Below, piece by piece: positions 50,801-64,000 of a DNA stretch of 64,000 nt. The notes below the pieces were generated by a model, which saw only the letters and a list, made by a program, of their open reading frames with translations, was not told the DNA's origin and did not search any database. Origin of the DNA: Eledone cirrhosa. Lineage: Eukaryota. The position numbers were made by a program, and so were the translations under genes. The stretch lies in assembly GCA_964016885.1 (NCBI GenBank), contig OZ024740.1, positions 213,962,001 through 214,026,000 of the forward strand. Direction: 5' to 3'. The first letter of the stretch is position 1. Each line of letters begins with the position of its first letter.

Positions 50801-51105
50801 CGCATGAAAAAAAAAACCCTCACTTAGTGACACTCACACATACGACACCCACCCACACACACGCTCACACGCACACGCACACACACGCACACACACCAGC
50901 ACTCATGCATGCAAACAAACACAACACGCTACTCAGTTACACACACACACACACATATATATATATATTATCGTCATTACTGATACTAGATTATGTCAAC
51001 TGTTGACTTTCGAAAGCGTTCGTATAATTAAAGCTGTTCGTGTATTACTGTTCAGTTATAATTGCTTTACAGCATAGAGCTATGGCCCTCTATGTTCCGG
51101 GTGTA

Positions 51106-53086
51106 AACCTGGCTTCGGTGGGGCACTGATCAATTTAGATCAATCGAAAGCATTCGATAGGGTCGACCATCGGTATCTGGAGTTTGTCCTCAAAGCAGCT
51201 GGCTTCGGCCCTGTCTTCAGAAGCTGGATCGCTGCAATGCACAGCGGCACACGCTTGGTGGTCAAGGTTAATGGCCCCTTCTCGGAACCATTTCGGCTCT
51301 CCCGATCGGTCCGTCAAGGGTGCCCTCTCTCTTCCCTTCTGTACGTATTGACTCTCGAGCCTTTACTGCGGAAGCTGGAGCTGTTGTAGGGCATCCCGCT
51401 CGAACCAGGACGTGGAAAGGCGGTGTCGGCTTATGCGGACGACATCACCGTGATGGTGTCGAACACCTCAGAAATCGAGGTGGTCGGCACCTTATTGAAG
51501 GAATATGAAAGGTTGACAGGAGCCAAACTTAACCCGGAAAAGTCGGTGGGCTTGCAGCTCGGAACCTGGAGAGGCAAGCCCATGCCGTCCAACAGCGTCG
51601 TGGGGCGCTGGACGGACGGACCGGTAAAGTTGCTCGGGATTTGGTTCGGACCAGACCTCCAGGTGGAAGAGAATTGGGACGAGGTAACGAGCAGAGTAGC
51701 AGTAGCCAGTCTCACCCAAAAATGGGCTGGGAGGAAGCTATCACTGAACGGTCGCACGGAGGTGGCGAATGCGTACATCGCGTCCGTCATCTACTACCGC
51801 CTAACCGTCGTGCCTTGCCCCCGTTCGCGCCTCGTCAAGTTGGAACGGCTCCTCTTCAAATTCTTGTGGAGGGGGACAAGTTCCGTTGGCGAGGAGGTCC
51901 ATCTGCTGCCAGCACCCTCTACGCCGAGGGCTGGGCATGCCGTGGCTAATGATGCGCATACATGCGTTGAGGCTGCGACATCTCCAGATATTATGCCTAA
52001 ACGGTGAACAGGTGTGGTCGCCGTTTATCAGACGGGCCTTTCCGCAGCTCATTTCTTTGACTGAGCTGCAGTCCTGGGTCAGGAAGAGACCGAGACTGGG
52101 TGACTGGCACCTGGAATGTTGCCAGGCACTCACTGCTCTCTACCAAACGGGCAATGCGATCAGTGGAACTTCCATTCTCGAGTTCTATAGAGGATTAGTG
52201 GTGGGCAAGTGCGATGACGCACTCGGAGTAGCTTTGGGCCTCGATGAAGTCGAACTGACCAGTCTGTTCCGGAGGACTTTCGAGCCGGGGACGATGGACA
52301 ATTTCCAGAAACCCATCGCTTGGCAGTGCTACCGGGGGGCACTGCCGGTTCGGGGTAAACTCTACAGGCACGGAAGTGCTGTCAGACGGACCTGCCCAAG
52401 ATGCGCACAGAACGACGAAACCGTTCTGCACGCACTTGTCCAATGTCCGTGCATTACTGACTTGTGAAGTTATGTCGAACAGCTACTGTCACGTGTGGAA
52501 CGAATCCGGCTATCAGCCGAGTCCATAGTGACGATCGACCCGCCGCCTTCCTTAGGTCAGGAAGAGCAGGACATTTTCCTCTGTCTGGTGGCAGTTGCGA
52601 AAGAGGTTATATGGTGGACCAGATTAAAAGGACTGAAGACAGACACTTTTCTCTTCGGCCAATCCCTCATCAACTTCTTCAAGTTTCACCTGGAAAGGAA
52701 GGTGAGGGTAGAGAGAGAAGTGCTGCCCCCAGTACATTTGCTAAAAGGTGGATGAATGTGGCGAGAATGGCCCGTGTGAATGGGCCTACTCTGACCATGC
52801 GCCTATAGGTTAGCTAACTTGAGGAGAGGGGTGCTCTCCCTGGGTGCCCTAGAAGCGCAGGGTGGTTGAGGATTGGTGGAGTACCCGAGTCACCCCAGGG
52901 TCGTCCACCCCCTATCGGGGAATTTATTTTGTTATATTTATGCATAGTTTATTTTATATTTTTATATATTCATTGTTAAATTAGTCTTGCCATTGTGCAC
53001 TTTTACTCGACCTTATTGTAAACCCCACTGTCCCTGTCTTTGCATTGTCCCCTACATGTTGGCCCTTGTGGCTAATAAATGAAATC
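51106..53086 (+). mobile_element. 5'-truncated, frameshifted L1/Tx1-clade LINE (copy A)
   Basis: GALINLDQSKAFDRVDH, RQGCPL, SAYADD, thumb region, C-terminal zinc knuckle CPRCAQNDETVLHALVQC. Split across ORFs 51423, 51886, 52495 and 52464; stop ending 52808; 3' end CCCTTGTGGCTAATAAATGAAATC. Confidence 0.93.
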
Positions 53087-56000
53087 ATTTAGTCAGCTAC
53101 ACGGACCACAAATTCGTTATCTGTGTGCTTGACTTAGATAGGCTTCATAGACGAGGACCCGGCTACTGGAAGCTAAACGCGTCCTTACCAGCGCGCAAGG
53201 CCTACAGAGACCGGATTAGCGAACTAGTTAAGCGGGCGTTGACGGGGGCCATCGTCAACAACAAGTGGTGGTTTGCTCTGAAAAGAGCGATTAGGATAGA
53301 GTCCATTAGGTTTAGTAAGGCTTTAGCAATAGAGAAAACAGAGCAGAGGGAGAATTAGTTAGAAAATTAGACGAGGCGCTTAGCAAAGGCATCGCGACCG
53401 ACATACTTGCGGCGAAATTGGCCCTTGACCAATTCTTCAATGCAAAGCACGAACGCTGCGTTGTCAGAGCTAGGGTGCGTGCTCTCAGACACGAGGGGAC
53501 GAAAGCCGTTCAATGGGCCTGAGTGGCGGAGGGGCGTCGTGGCAACAAAGCCACGATCCGGTCTTTGGTGGACCACGACGGGCGCATGCTACTCGATCCC
53601 GGGCAAATGTATGAAGCTTTCCAGCGACACTTCGCCCAGCTGTTCGGGGGCAGCGGCGGGCCGGATCGAGGGATGGACTTTATTGTCTACCTCGACGGAC
53701 TGCCGCGGCTCTCGGCCACTGAGGCGGAGTGTTGCGAAAAGCTGATAACAGCCGCTGAAGTACGGGAGGCAATGACTGGCTGCACAAGGGGTAAATCTCC
53801 TGGTTTGGATGGTCTGCCCTATGAACTTTACGTACAGATGCCAGACTTGTTCGGAGGCTTCTTGGCGGACGTCTACTGCAACTGGCAACAGAACGGGAGA
53901 ATTCCCAGCTCTGTGAGCCGAGTAGCTGTGGCGCTGCTGAGAAAGGATCCGAACAAGGGGGATAACATAGATAATTTCAGGCCCATAACTCTGCTAAACA
54001 CAGAGTTCAAGATTTTGGCCAAGGTGCTAGCAAAGAGGTTGGCGCTTGTCGTTGGTGGTCTGGTGGGAGAGGCGAAGACGGGCGCCATTCCCGACAGATC
54101 CATCCACGACAACCTCCACCTCATGCAATACATCGTAGAGAGGGTAGCTAGGGAACCTGGCACGGGTGGGTCCTTGATCAATTTAGATCAGTCGAAAGCT
54201 TTCGATAGGGTCGACCATCGTTACCTAGCGGCAGTCCTGAGGGCGGCTGGCTTTGGGCCCGTCTTCAGAGGCTGGATCGCTGCCATGCACAGCGACATCT
54301 GCTCTGAGGTGAGAGTGAACGGTCACCCTTCGGAACCGTTCAACATCATGCGCTCGGTCCGCCAAGTATGTCCCCTCTCGTCCCTCTTGTACGTATTGAC
54401 TCTCGAGCCATTACTGCACAAACTGGAGACGTTGAGGGGGGTCCCGCGCGAACTAGGATGCGGAAGATCCGTGTCAGCATATGCGGACGATGTCACCGTA
54501 GTGGTGTCGAACGCCAAACACATCAAGGCGATCGGCACTACACTAAGAGAATACGAAGCGGTGACAGGAGCAATCATCAACCAGGAAAAGTCAGTGGGCC
54601 TGCAGCTCGGCACCTGGAGAGGCAGGTCCATGCCGTCCAAAAGCGTCGTCGGGCGCTGGACGGACGGACCGGTTAAATTGCTAGGGGTCTGGTTCGTCCG
54701 TACCTCCAGACGGACAAAAACTGGGACGAGGTGACGAGCAGGGTAGCTTCTCTCACCCAGAAATGGGCGGAGAGGAAGCTATCCCTGAAAGGTCGAGCGG
54801 AGGTGGCTAACGCGTACATCGCGTCCGTCATCTACTACCGCCTGACCGTCGTACCTTGTCCTAAGCCCCGCCTGACTGCGCTGAAGCGTTTGGTCTTTCG
54901 CTTTTTGTGGAAAGGACGCGCTCCGATGGTCAGGCGGTACATCTGCTGTCAACACCCGCTACGTGGAGGGCTGGGCATGCCGTGGCTGATGATGCGCAGA
55001 CACGCGCTCAGGCTACGACATCTCCATCTCTTCCTCGACGGTGATCAGGTGTGGTCGCCGTTTGCTAGACGCGTCTTTTCCCAGCTCGTCTCCTTGACGG
55101 AGCTGCAGTCCTGGGTCAAGCGAAGACCGAGAGGGAGCGCCTGGAGACTGGAATGTCTTCAGGCGCTCACAGCCCTCGACCAATCGGGCAATGTGATCGG
55201 TGGAAACTCCACCTTGGCGTTCTATAGAGGATTAGTGGAGGGGAAGAGCGACGACGAACTTGGGGAAACTCTAGGCGTCGACGAAAATCAACTAGCCAAT
55301 CTCTTCGGAAGAGAAGAACTTTCGGGCCGGGGCCTATGGACAACTTCCAGAAATCCCTGTCAGTGCTACCGAGGAGCTTTGCCAGTTCGGGATAAACTCT
55401 ACAGGCATGGAGGTGCCGTCAGCCGGGCATGTCCGAGATGCGCGCAGGGCGACGAAACCGTCCTGCACGCACTCGTCCAGTGTCCGAGCATTGCTGATTT
55501 GTGGGTTTATGTCGAACACCTGCTGTCACGTGTAGGACGGATCCAGCTATCAGCTGAGTTCATCTTGAGGATTGCCCCGCCCTCTTCCTTTAGCCGGGAA
55601 GGGCAGGCAGTTTTTATCTGTCTGGTGGCCATGGCGAAAGAGATAGTATGGTGGACATGTTTGAAAGGGCTGAAGACGAGCACTTACCTCTTCGGTGATG
55701 CCCTGATTAACTTTTTCAAATTTCATTTGAAAAGGAAAATCAGGGTAGAGAGGGAAGTGCTCCCTTCCCAGCATTTTGTTGAAAGATGGGTGAGAGAAGC
55801 AAGTATGGCCCGAGTGAATGGGCCTACTCTGAGTATGTGTCTGTAAATTAAAGGTGGAAAACTGGGAGAGGGCACTTGCCCTGGTGGTCAGGGTCACTGT
55901 GGCCTTTTAATGGGCTTTCTCCACAAATGTCCCTCGGAAGTCTCCCCCCTATTGGGGAATTTTTAATTGTTATTTTTTTTGTTACATCCTCTGTTTTTGT

Positions 56001-56120
56001 TTTTTTACACGCAGAAATGCCCATTTGTACCGTCCTGTAATGTCCTGCACTATCCTTAATGTCTACTTTATGTAAACCCTTGTGGTTAATAAAGAAAGCA
56101 TTATTATTATTATTATTATT
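53087..56120 (+). mobile_element. Longer L1/Tx1-clade LINE ORF2 (copy B): end of endonuclease, RT, zinc knuckle, 3' UTR and (TTA)n tail; disrupted
   Basis: SYTDH…GPGYWKLNASL, KSPGLDGLPYELY, NFRPITLLNTEFKILAK, LDQSKAFDRVDH, SVRQVCPLS, YADD, CPRCAQGDETVLHALVQC. Frameshifts near 53340, 54700 and 55310-55360; in-frame TGA at 53520. Confidence 0.95.
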
Positions 56121-57020
56121 GTCGTTATTATGTTTTCTTTTTTTCGTGCAATGGCCATACTCGCTAACGAGGCGGCAGCCATCATGTATGTATGTATGCA
56201 TGTATGTATGTATGTATGTATGTATGTATGTATGTATGTATGTATGTATGTATGTATGTATGTATGCATGTATGTATGTATGTATGTATGTATGTATGCA
56301 TGTATGTATGTATGTATGTTTGTATGTTTGTATCTATGTATGTAAATGTATATATGGGTTTATATGTGTATGTATGCGTGTGTGTGCATTTAATATCTAT
56401 AACTGTGTACTTGGTTATCTATTTATCACTATCCTCATCATCATCATTATCATCACCGTCATCATCATCATCAACAATCATATAAATTATTCGTTGTCAG
56501 AATATTATGTCTTCATATGTTTGTATCTACTATAAAGGTGTGTATTTTCTCTATTCTTCTCGTTGCAATTAACGACATATTTTACTATAATTTCAACAAA
56601 GTAGAACAATTGTCTAACGTAGAATCCAAGTCTATTACTAATGGTGTTGTCATTCGTCTCTTGATTAACTTGCAAAGTGTGAAAGAAATAGTTTTAGAAA
56701 TCCTTCGCTAACATTTGACAATTGAGAGAATAGGAAATAAAATATGAGAAACTTCGGTTGATTGAGAAACTTGCTCCTGTATACAACATGGCCTCTGATA
56801 AAAAATGGATATATCAGAATATAAAGTATGATGTACTCATGTGCAGAGATGTTATAAAATATCTTATACAATAGGGTGAAGATCCTTAAAAAACAGAAAA
56901 AGTAGCTGCCATTGGCTATGTAATAGCCATCTTTTAAAGGTCTTTACCCTATTTTATGAGACATTTTATACCTTCTCTGCACATCATCATTCATACTTAT
57001 ATATATATATATATATATAT

Positions 57021-57310
57021 AAAGCAATCTGCACCTGATGATGTCGCCAGGATCTTACGTAACCAGGTCTTTGAAATATATATAGAGTTTTTGCAACAAT
57101 AAAACTTTAAAGGACCATCACCAGTCCGGCCTCCTGTTGTTTTAATGAAACCTATATATATATATATATATATATATAGGTTTCATTAAAACAACAGGAG
57201 GCCGGACTGGTGATGGTCCTTTAAAGTTTTATTGTTGCAAAAACTCTATATATATTTCAAAGACCTGGTTACGTAAGATCCTGGCGACATCATCAGGTGC
57301 AGATTGCTTT
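57021..57310. repeat. Perfect 290-bp palindrome (two 132-bp arms around (TA)13), each arm with a CTGATGA…GAAA hammerhead-like motif
   Basis: Checked block by block: 57021-57152 is the exact reverse complement of 57179-57310. Confidence 0.95.
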
Positions 57311-57683
57311 TCCTGCTATTCCCTCATGGTTAACTAAACGGAATCACCAATTCTATCCAGTGGTAAACCACTAAACTTAAATGAACACACACACAGACAC
57401 ACACACACACATATATATATTTATATTCGGTGCTTAAAAGTCCGAGAATTTGGCTACGTACATTGTTTGTTTAAATATATCAGAATTATATTTATATGAA
57501 TTTAATTTTTTTTCATGGACGTCATTTATAGCGATACTAAATACATATCTGTACGTGTCTGTGTATCGACACCTTAAAACTGAATAATTTTGTGGCTGTA
57601 TGAAATGGCTATTTGGACCCAACTTTCTTCTCAGAGGCCATATTTAGTACTTAACATTTAAATAATATTTAAATAAGGTAGCG

Positions 57684-57892
57684 AAGTGGCACTGTTGTTA
57701 GCGCGTCCAATTGACTGGCTCCAGAATTCGATTTGGTTTTCTGTGCACTGTTTAAAATCTTTACCTTCCATATTTTCGGGGTCGATAAACAAAGAACCAT
57801 TTCAATGCGTTGGATTGGCGGAACTGTTAAAGCATTGGTCGAAAATGGTTTGTGGTATCATTTCAGGTTCCTTGAGTTTAAATTTTGCCCTG
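57684..57892 (+). mobile_element. Two old, degenerate SINE fragments
   Basis: CCTTCCATATTTTCGGGGTCGATAAA core remnant; TTGGCGGAACTGTTAAAGC and GAGTTTAAATT box remnants. Confidence 0.55.
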
Positions 57893-58198
57893 TCCAGGAG
57901 GCAGGTAGCCCAGAGTAGTCATTAGCAGGTAGGCTGGCGTTGGCTGGTAGGCCATAGAACAACTGGGATAATCATCGTCGAAGCAGACGGAGGTTCATTT
58001 CATTACTTTTTCTTTTTTTACATGATTCGTACGAAGATATATTCTTAAATTTGCCAGGTAATCGATACTTGAAGATCGAAACTTTTAGCTGCGCAAGTCT
58101 CATTCGAGATATAATTTCACAGCGAGACTAAACATCGAACGCGTCCTATGGACTGAGTACTCTACTTACTATGGATATAACCTCTCGGTTTTTTACCA

Positions 58199-58301
<103 letters not shown>

Positions 58302-58389
58302 AATATAAAACACAACAACACAGGAGTACAAGTTACAAATGGTATTAGGTTCACGCTTAGTGAGAGTGGGACATATATATATATATATA

Positions 58390-58922
58390 ACTAGTTGAGG
58401 TACCCGGTAATACCCGGGGGATATTCCCAGTTCCCATTAAAATGCCCAATGCCTCTCAGACCAAAAATAAATGTTACAGCAAGCAGAGAATATTAAGTTG
58501 ATTTATGGAGAACATTTCAAGTCCACAACAGCTGAAGCCAAATCTCGCTCATCAGTTAATAAAAAATCAGCTTAGGCTTTACTCGAGTGGTCTGGATAAT
58601 GTTCTTTAGCAACAAGCCATCCTCAGTACATAATCTGTCTGTGTTTCATGTTGGAAGGAAATTGGTTGAGAGCTTTAAAGTTATGGCAGAAAATAACATT
58701 CATATGAGCATTTGCATACAAATTTCCTGTTCATTTTTTAAAAATCGATGCACACTGGAAATTATCGATATTTTGAACTTCAAACTACGTGAGAAATAAA
58801 ATGGGTATGAGCCCCACACAGGTGTCAAGTTTCATCAAGATCGGTTTGGTAGTTTTTGAGTTTTAGGTTCACAAACACATCCACAAACACACAAACAAAC
58901 TGACAGTAATTGCCATTTATGT
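58390..58922 (-). mobile_element. Non-autonomous Helitron/Helentron-like (DINE-1/HINE-style) element
   Basis: Terminal CTAG (58391-58394) next to a GC hairpin (CCCGGTAATACCCGGG). The other end has AAGTTTCATCAAGATCGG followed by a (CAAA)n-like microsatellite. Lies between TA runs. Confidence 0.6.
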
Positions 58923-60425
<1,503 letters not shown>

Positions 60426-60599
60426 TATAGCCACACACACACACATACAGAGGTGATTACTTTGCGTGCTGAGGAGTATATGTATGAATGTGTGTTAGTG
60501 TAATGTAACACGTGCATATAATACAACATGTGCAAAGCGTGTCTACTTGTATGTGTTTCGGCGATGCGTGATATGTCTAGTGATCTGTTTAGGAAAGTC

Positions 60600-61600
60600 T
60601 ATTATTATTGTATACTTGCACTGGTTTTTAGCATAAAGTTAAGTTTAGTGTAAACGACGCAGATGATATTGCTTAGTTTGAATAACAAGACAGGAGGCTA
60701 ACAAAATAGAGTACTTAAGAGAATCTGGAATAGGGGTTGAATATTTTGAATAGTCTTGAACTGTTCTGGATATAATCTATATACGAGTGCATAATTGATC
60801 AGTGTGGATATGGTCTGAAGAAATGATCAACTTGTACAATAGTTAGGTCGTCTGCGTGCAGCCTGTTTCGTTGTAGTGTAGATATTGTTAAATACCTGAT
60901 TCAATAGCTAATAATATTAATTTTATTCAGTTAATCTGAGAAAAAATTAAATTTATCCGGGTGTCTTTAAACTCACTGACTGTAGAATAGAGATGAGTTG
61001 GCAAGATTAACACGGTTCATGTTCAATTTGAGTTTCTGTAGTGAAAACTTGGGAAGGGAGGGGGGATTCTAAATATAAGCAGTTGAGGTGTAGAAAGATT
61101 AAAATATATTTCGTTTGAAAAACGGGAGAGTTTAAAGATGACCAGAGAAGACAAGATGAACAGGAGTTTAAAGATGATCAAAGAAGACAAGATAAACAGG
61201 AGTTTAAAGATGATCAAAGAAGACAAGATAAACGGGAGTTTAAAGATGATCAGAGAAGACAAGATGAACAGGAGTTTAAAGATGATCAAAGAAGACAAGA
61301 TGAACAGGAGTTTAAAGATGATCAAAGAAGACAAGATGAACAGGAGTTTAAAGATGATCAGAGAAGACAAGATAAACAGGAGTTTAAAGATGATCAGAGA
61401 AGACAAGATAAACGGGAGTTTAAAGATGATCAGAGAAGACAAGATAAACGGGAGTTTAAAGATGATCAGAGGCGACTATATAGTTTAAGGAGTGGTAACG
61501 GAGTTGATTCGTCTTGTAGAATATATGTCATATTAATAGCAATAGAATTATTGTGGAAGAGACGTAAAGCGCATTAGTGGCAAGTAAGACATTTTAGGGC
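60600..61600 (-). pseudogene. Possible highly degenerate CR1/L2-like LINE 3' region
   Basis: Reverse-strand fragments SLIIFK, YLESP.SQVF and LQRNRLHAD..LYKLI recall the CR1-like post-RT motifs (LEY.S.VW; L..RRL..DL..YK). Requires several frameshifts. Confidence 0.3.
61121..61470. repeat. 36-bp minisatellite, ~9.7 copies
   Basis: Unit AACAGGAGTTTAAAGATGATCARAGAAGACAAGATR; gives the 12-aa periodic ORFs on both strands. Confidence 0.95.
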
Positions 61601-61682
61601 GACAGGGCTCTAAAAGGTATTGTATAGAATACATATAACAATGCTTGTCATTGGATATATCCTTCTAAATATGTAGAGTTAG

Positions 61683-61906
61683 CAACTGGCTTAGTGGTTA
61701 GGGTATTTAGCTCACGATCGTAAGACACTTTATTCCATATTGCTCCAATCCACTCAGCTGGCAAAAATGAGTTATACCTATAATTCTAATAGCAAGCCTT
61801 GTCTCCCTGAGAGCTATGTTACGGATACTCGTAACTTTTCATGAGCAGGCTGTTCCATTGATCGTAACAACTGGAACACTCGTCGTCGTAACCGACGGAG
61901 TTTCAG
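61683..61906 (+). mobile_element. tRNA-derived SINE of a different family, internally deleted
   Basis: Box A-like TGGCTTAGTGGTTAGGGT, then AAGACACTTTATT..TTGCTCCA.TCCACTCAGCTG..AAAATGAGT. Single copy here; recognised by motif style only. Confidence 0.5.
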
Positions 61907-62034
61907 TATTTTTAATGAAGTATTTGAATCGACACATTAGAATGACATTGGAACAATGAAAGCCTTCCATACGTAAAAATTATGTTATTGGAAGAAGATT
62001 ACAAAATGTAAAATATTTGAATAAATAGAATAAT

Positions 62035-62250
62035 ATTCTCCTAGGAACAGTGGAGAAAGAGAAAGCGGGTAGACAGAGGAAATGGTGGACAGATAACATA
62101 GCTGAGTGGACGGGGAAGAACTTTGCCACAACCCAAGCACTCACCCATAAACCCCAGAGATGAAGGCAGTTGGGGGCAGCGTTCGATAATGCAGTGTCCT
62201 AACGACCCCGAAAAAGGTTAAGGGACCATGATGATGATGATGATGATGAT
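62035..62250 (+). pseudogene. RTE-clade LINE 3' end with (TGA)n tail
   Basis: LGTVEKEKAGRQRKWWTDNIAEWTGKNFATTQAL resembles the RTE C-terminus; followed by (ATG)n. Confidence 0.75.
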
Positions 62251-62289
62251 GTATTATATGATAGGTGCCCTGAATGTATCTAGCAGTGA

Positions 62290-62460
62290 CCCTTGTTACT
62301 GTGTTATTGAACTCGATAATTCCATCCGATGTGGTCTAGAGGAGATATGCAACGTCCAATTCGACAAAACTAGATGTAAGCAAGCCACCTTTCATGTTAG
62401 AAGCCTTGGTCTTTGGTCTCCATTACATTAGCATTGCCAGCATTTCTTCACTCACTGCAC
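62290..62460 (+). pseudogene. Possible CRE-clade non-LTR RT C-terminal fragment
   Basis: ELDNSIRCGLEEICNVQFDKTRCKQATFHVRSLGL recalls the 'D..IR..LE.I.NV…W.QA.LPVR.GGLG' motif. Confidence 0.45.
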
Positions 62461-62943
62461 CCTGTCATGCACTTATTAACAAGGTTTTCTATTCCACACA
62501 ACCTACCAAAATTAGGGTGTATAAAACTGCCCCTTCGACCTCGATCCGACATGGTCGTCATCTTATGACCGTTCCATCTGCCTAACACAAATGTTACGTC
62601 ACACGTATTGTTATGAAAGATTTAAACTAGTAAAACTAATATTTCTTAAACTTCCCCTTTCTCTATTCCTCCAATTCCCAGATCCCTCTCCCCATTTCTC
62701 ACCACATATCCAACCCTTTTTAAAAATAGAAAGTTCTGTATTTTATTTTTACCTACTGCCTCCGACTCTCTTGCTCTCCCCATCTGTCACTATTATAAGC
62801 AAATGGGGGCATACGCACCGGCCGTCCCGTGGTCCCGGCGGACAGAATAGAGAAGGCGTTTTTCCAGAGGATGGTGAGGGAGATACCATTCCAGCTCGCG
62901 AGGCTCACACCTGCGGATAATCAACTCCATGCCGGTGGTGGTG

Positions 62944-64000
62944 AGTAGGGAGGTGGTCCGAGGGCCAAGGACACAAGAAGTCACTACTGCTACTTGGTGC
63001 TGATGGTGGGGAGTAGGGAGGTGGTCCGAGGGCCAAGGACACAAGAAGTCACTACTGCTACTTGGTGCTGATGGTGGGGAGTAGGGAGGTGGTCCGAGGG
63101 CCAAGGACACAAGAAGTCACTACTGCTACTTGGTGCTGATGGTGGGGAGTAGGGAGGTGGTCCGAGAGCCAAGGACACAAGAAGTCACTACTGCTACTTG
63201 GTGCTGATGGTGGGGAGTAGGGAGGTGGTCCGAGGGCCAAGGACACAAGAAGTCACTACTGCTACTTGGTGCTGATGGTGGGGAGTAGGGAGGTGGTCCG
63301 AGGGCCAAGGACACAAGAAGTCACTACTGCTACTTGGTGCTGATGGTGCTGAGTAGGGAGGTGGTCCGAGGGCCAAGGGCACAAGAAGTCACTACTGCTA
63401 CTTGGTGCCGGTGGTGGGGAGTAGGGAGGTGGTCCTAGGGCCAAGGACACAAGAAGTCACTACTGCTACTTGGTGCTGATGGTGGGGAGTAGGGAGGTGG
63501 TCCTAGGGCCAAGGGCACAAGAAGTCACTACTGCTACTTGGTGCCGGTGGTGGGGAGTAGGGAGGTGGTCCGAGGGCCAAGGGCACAAGAAGTCACTACT
63601 GCTACTTGGTGCTGATGGTGGGGAGTAGGGAGGTGGTCCGAGGGCCAAGGACACAAGAAGTCACTACTGCTACTTGGTGCTGATGGTGGGGAGTAGGGAG
63701 GTGGTCCGAGGGCCAAGGACACAAGAAGTCACTACTGCTACTTGGTGCTGATGGTGGGGAGTAGGGAGATGGTCCGAGGGCCAAGGACACAAGAAGTCAC
63801 TACTGCTACTTGGTGCTGATGGTGGGGAGTAGGGAGGTGGTCCGAGGGCCAAGGACACAAGAAGTCACTACTGCTACTTGGTGCTGATGGTGGGGAGTAG
63901 GGAGGTGGTCCGAGGGCCAAGGACACAAGAAGTCACTACTGCTACTTGGTGCTGATGGTGGGGAGTAGGGAGGTGGTCCGAGGGCCAAGGACACAAGAAG
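62944..64000. repeat. GC-rich 68-bp tandem repeat, at least 15 highly similar copies, running off the window end
   Basis: Unit GTAGGGAGGTGGTCCGAGGGCCAAGGACACAAGAAGTCACTACTGCTACTTGGTGCTGATGGTGGGGA; ORF track starts recur at multiples of 68 nt. Confidence 0.97.

Noticed and set aside
53523-55846. Active retrotransposon, or a domesticated/novel RT gene
   Set aside because: Frameshifts, an in-frame stop, 5' truncation and altered motif residues (QVCPLSS instead of QGCPLSP) indicate a dead copy of an ordinary L1/Tx1 element.
62990-63994. Series of near-identical 62-aa ORFs, or a CRISPR-like array
   Set aside because: Produced by the 68-bp tandem repeat; no unique spacers, no cas genes, eukaryotic context.

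Overview
Eukaryotic, very AT-rich, repeat-saturated animal DNA. The repeat repertoire suggests a coleoid cephalopod such as Octopus (inference only). The one recognisable host gene is the 3' half of core-binding factor beta (CBFB/Brother/Big-brother) on the + strand: two confident exons at 4981-5097 and 7390-7503 and a probable terminal exon at 27426-27479, beyond a ~20 kb intron filled with multi-kilobase (TA)n-type arrays. The rest is transposon-derived: roughly 30 copies or fragments of tRNA-derived SINEs, two head-to-tail degenerate L1/Tx1-clade LINEs (51106-56120) plus further 3' ends, RTE, CRE-like and CR1-like fragments, piggyBac/hAT/mariner MITEs, a Helitron-like element and several minisatellites. 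The most interesting signals are (i) several hammerhead-ribozyme-like CUGAUGA...GAAA cores in inverted-repeat, Penelope-like modules next to (TA)n, including a perfect 290-bp palindrome; (ii) two possible CBFB C-termini; and (iii) a strong + strand bias and dimer/tandem organisation of SINEs across the CBFB locus. Almost all long ORFs in the supplied track (IY/MY/CV repeats) are microsatellite artefacts. I see no support for a novel multi-gene system. Repeat boundaries were read by eye and are approximate.
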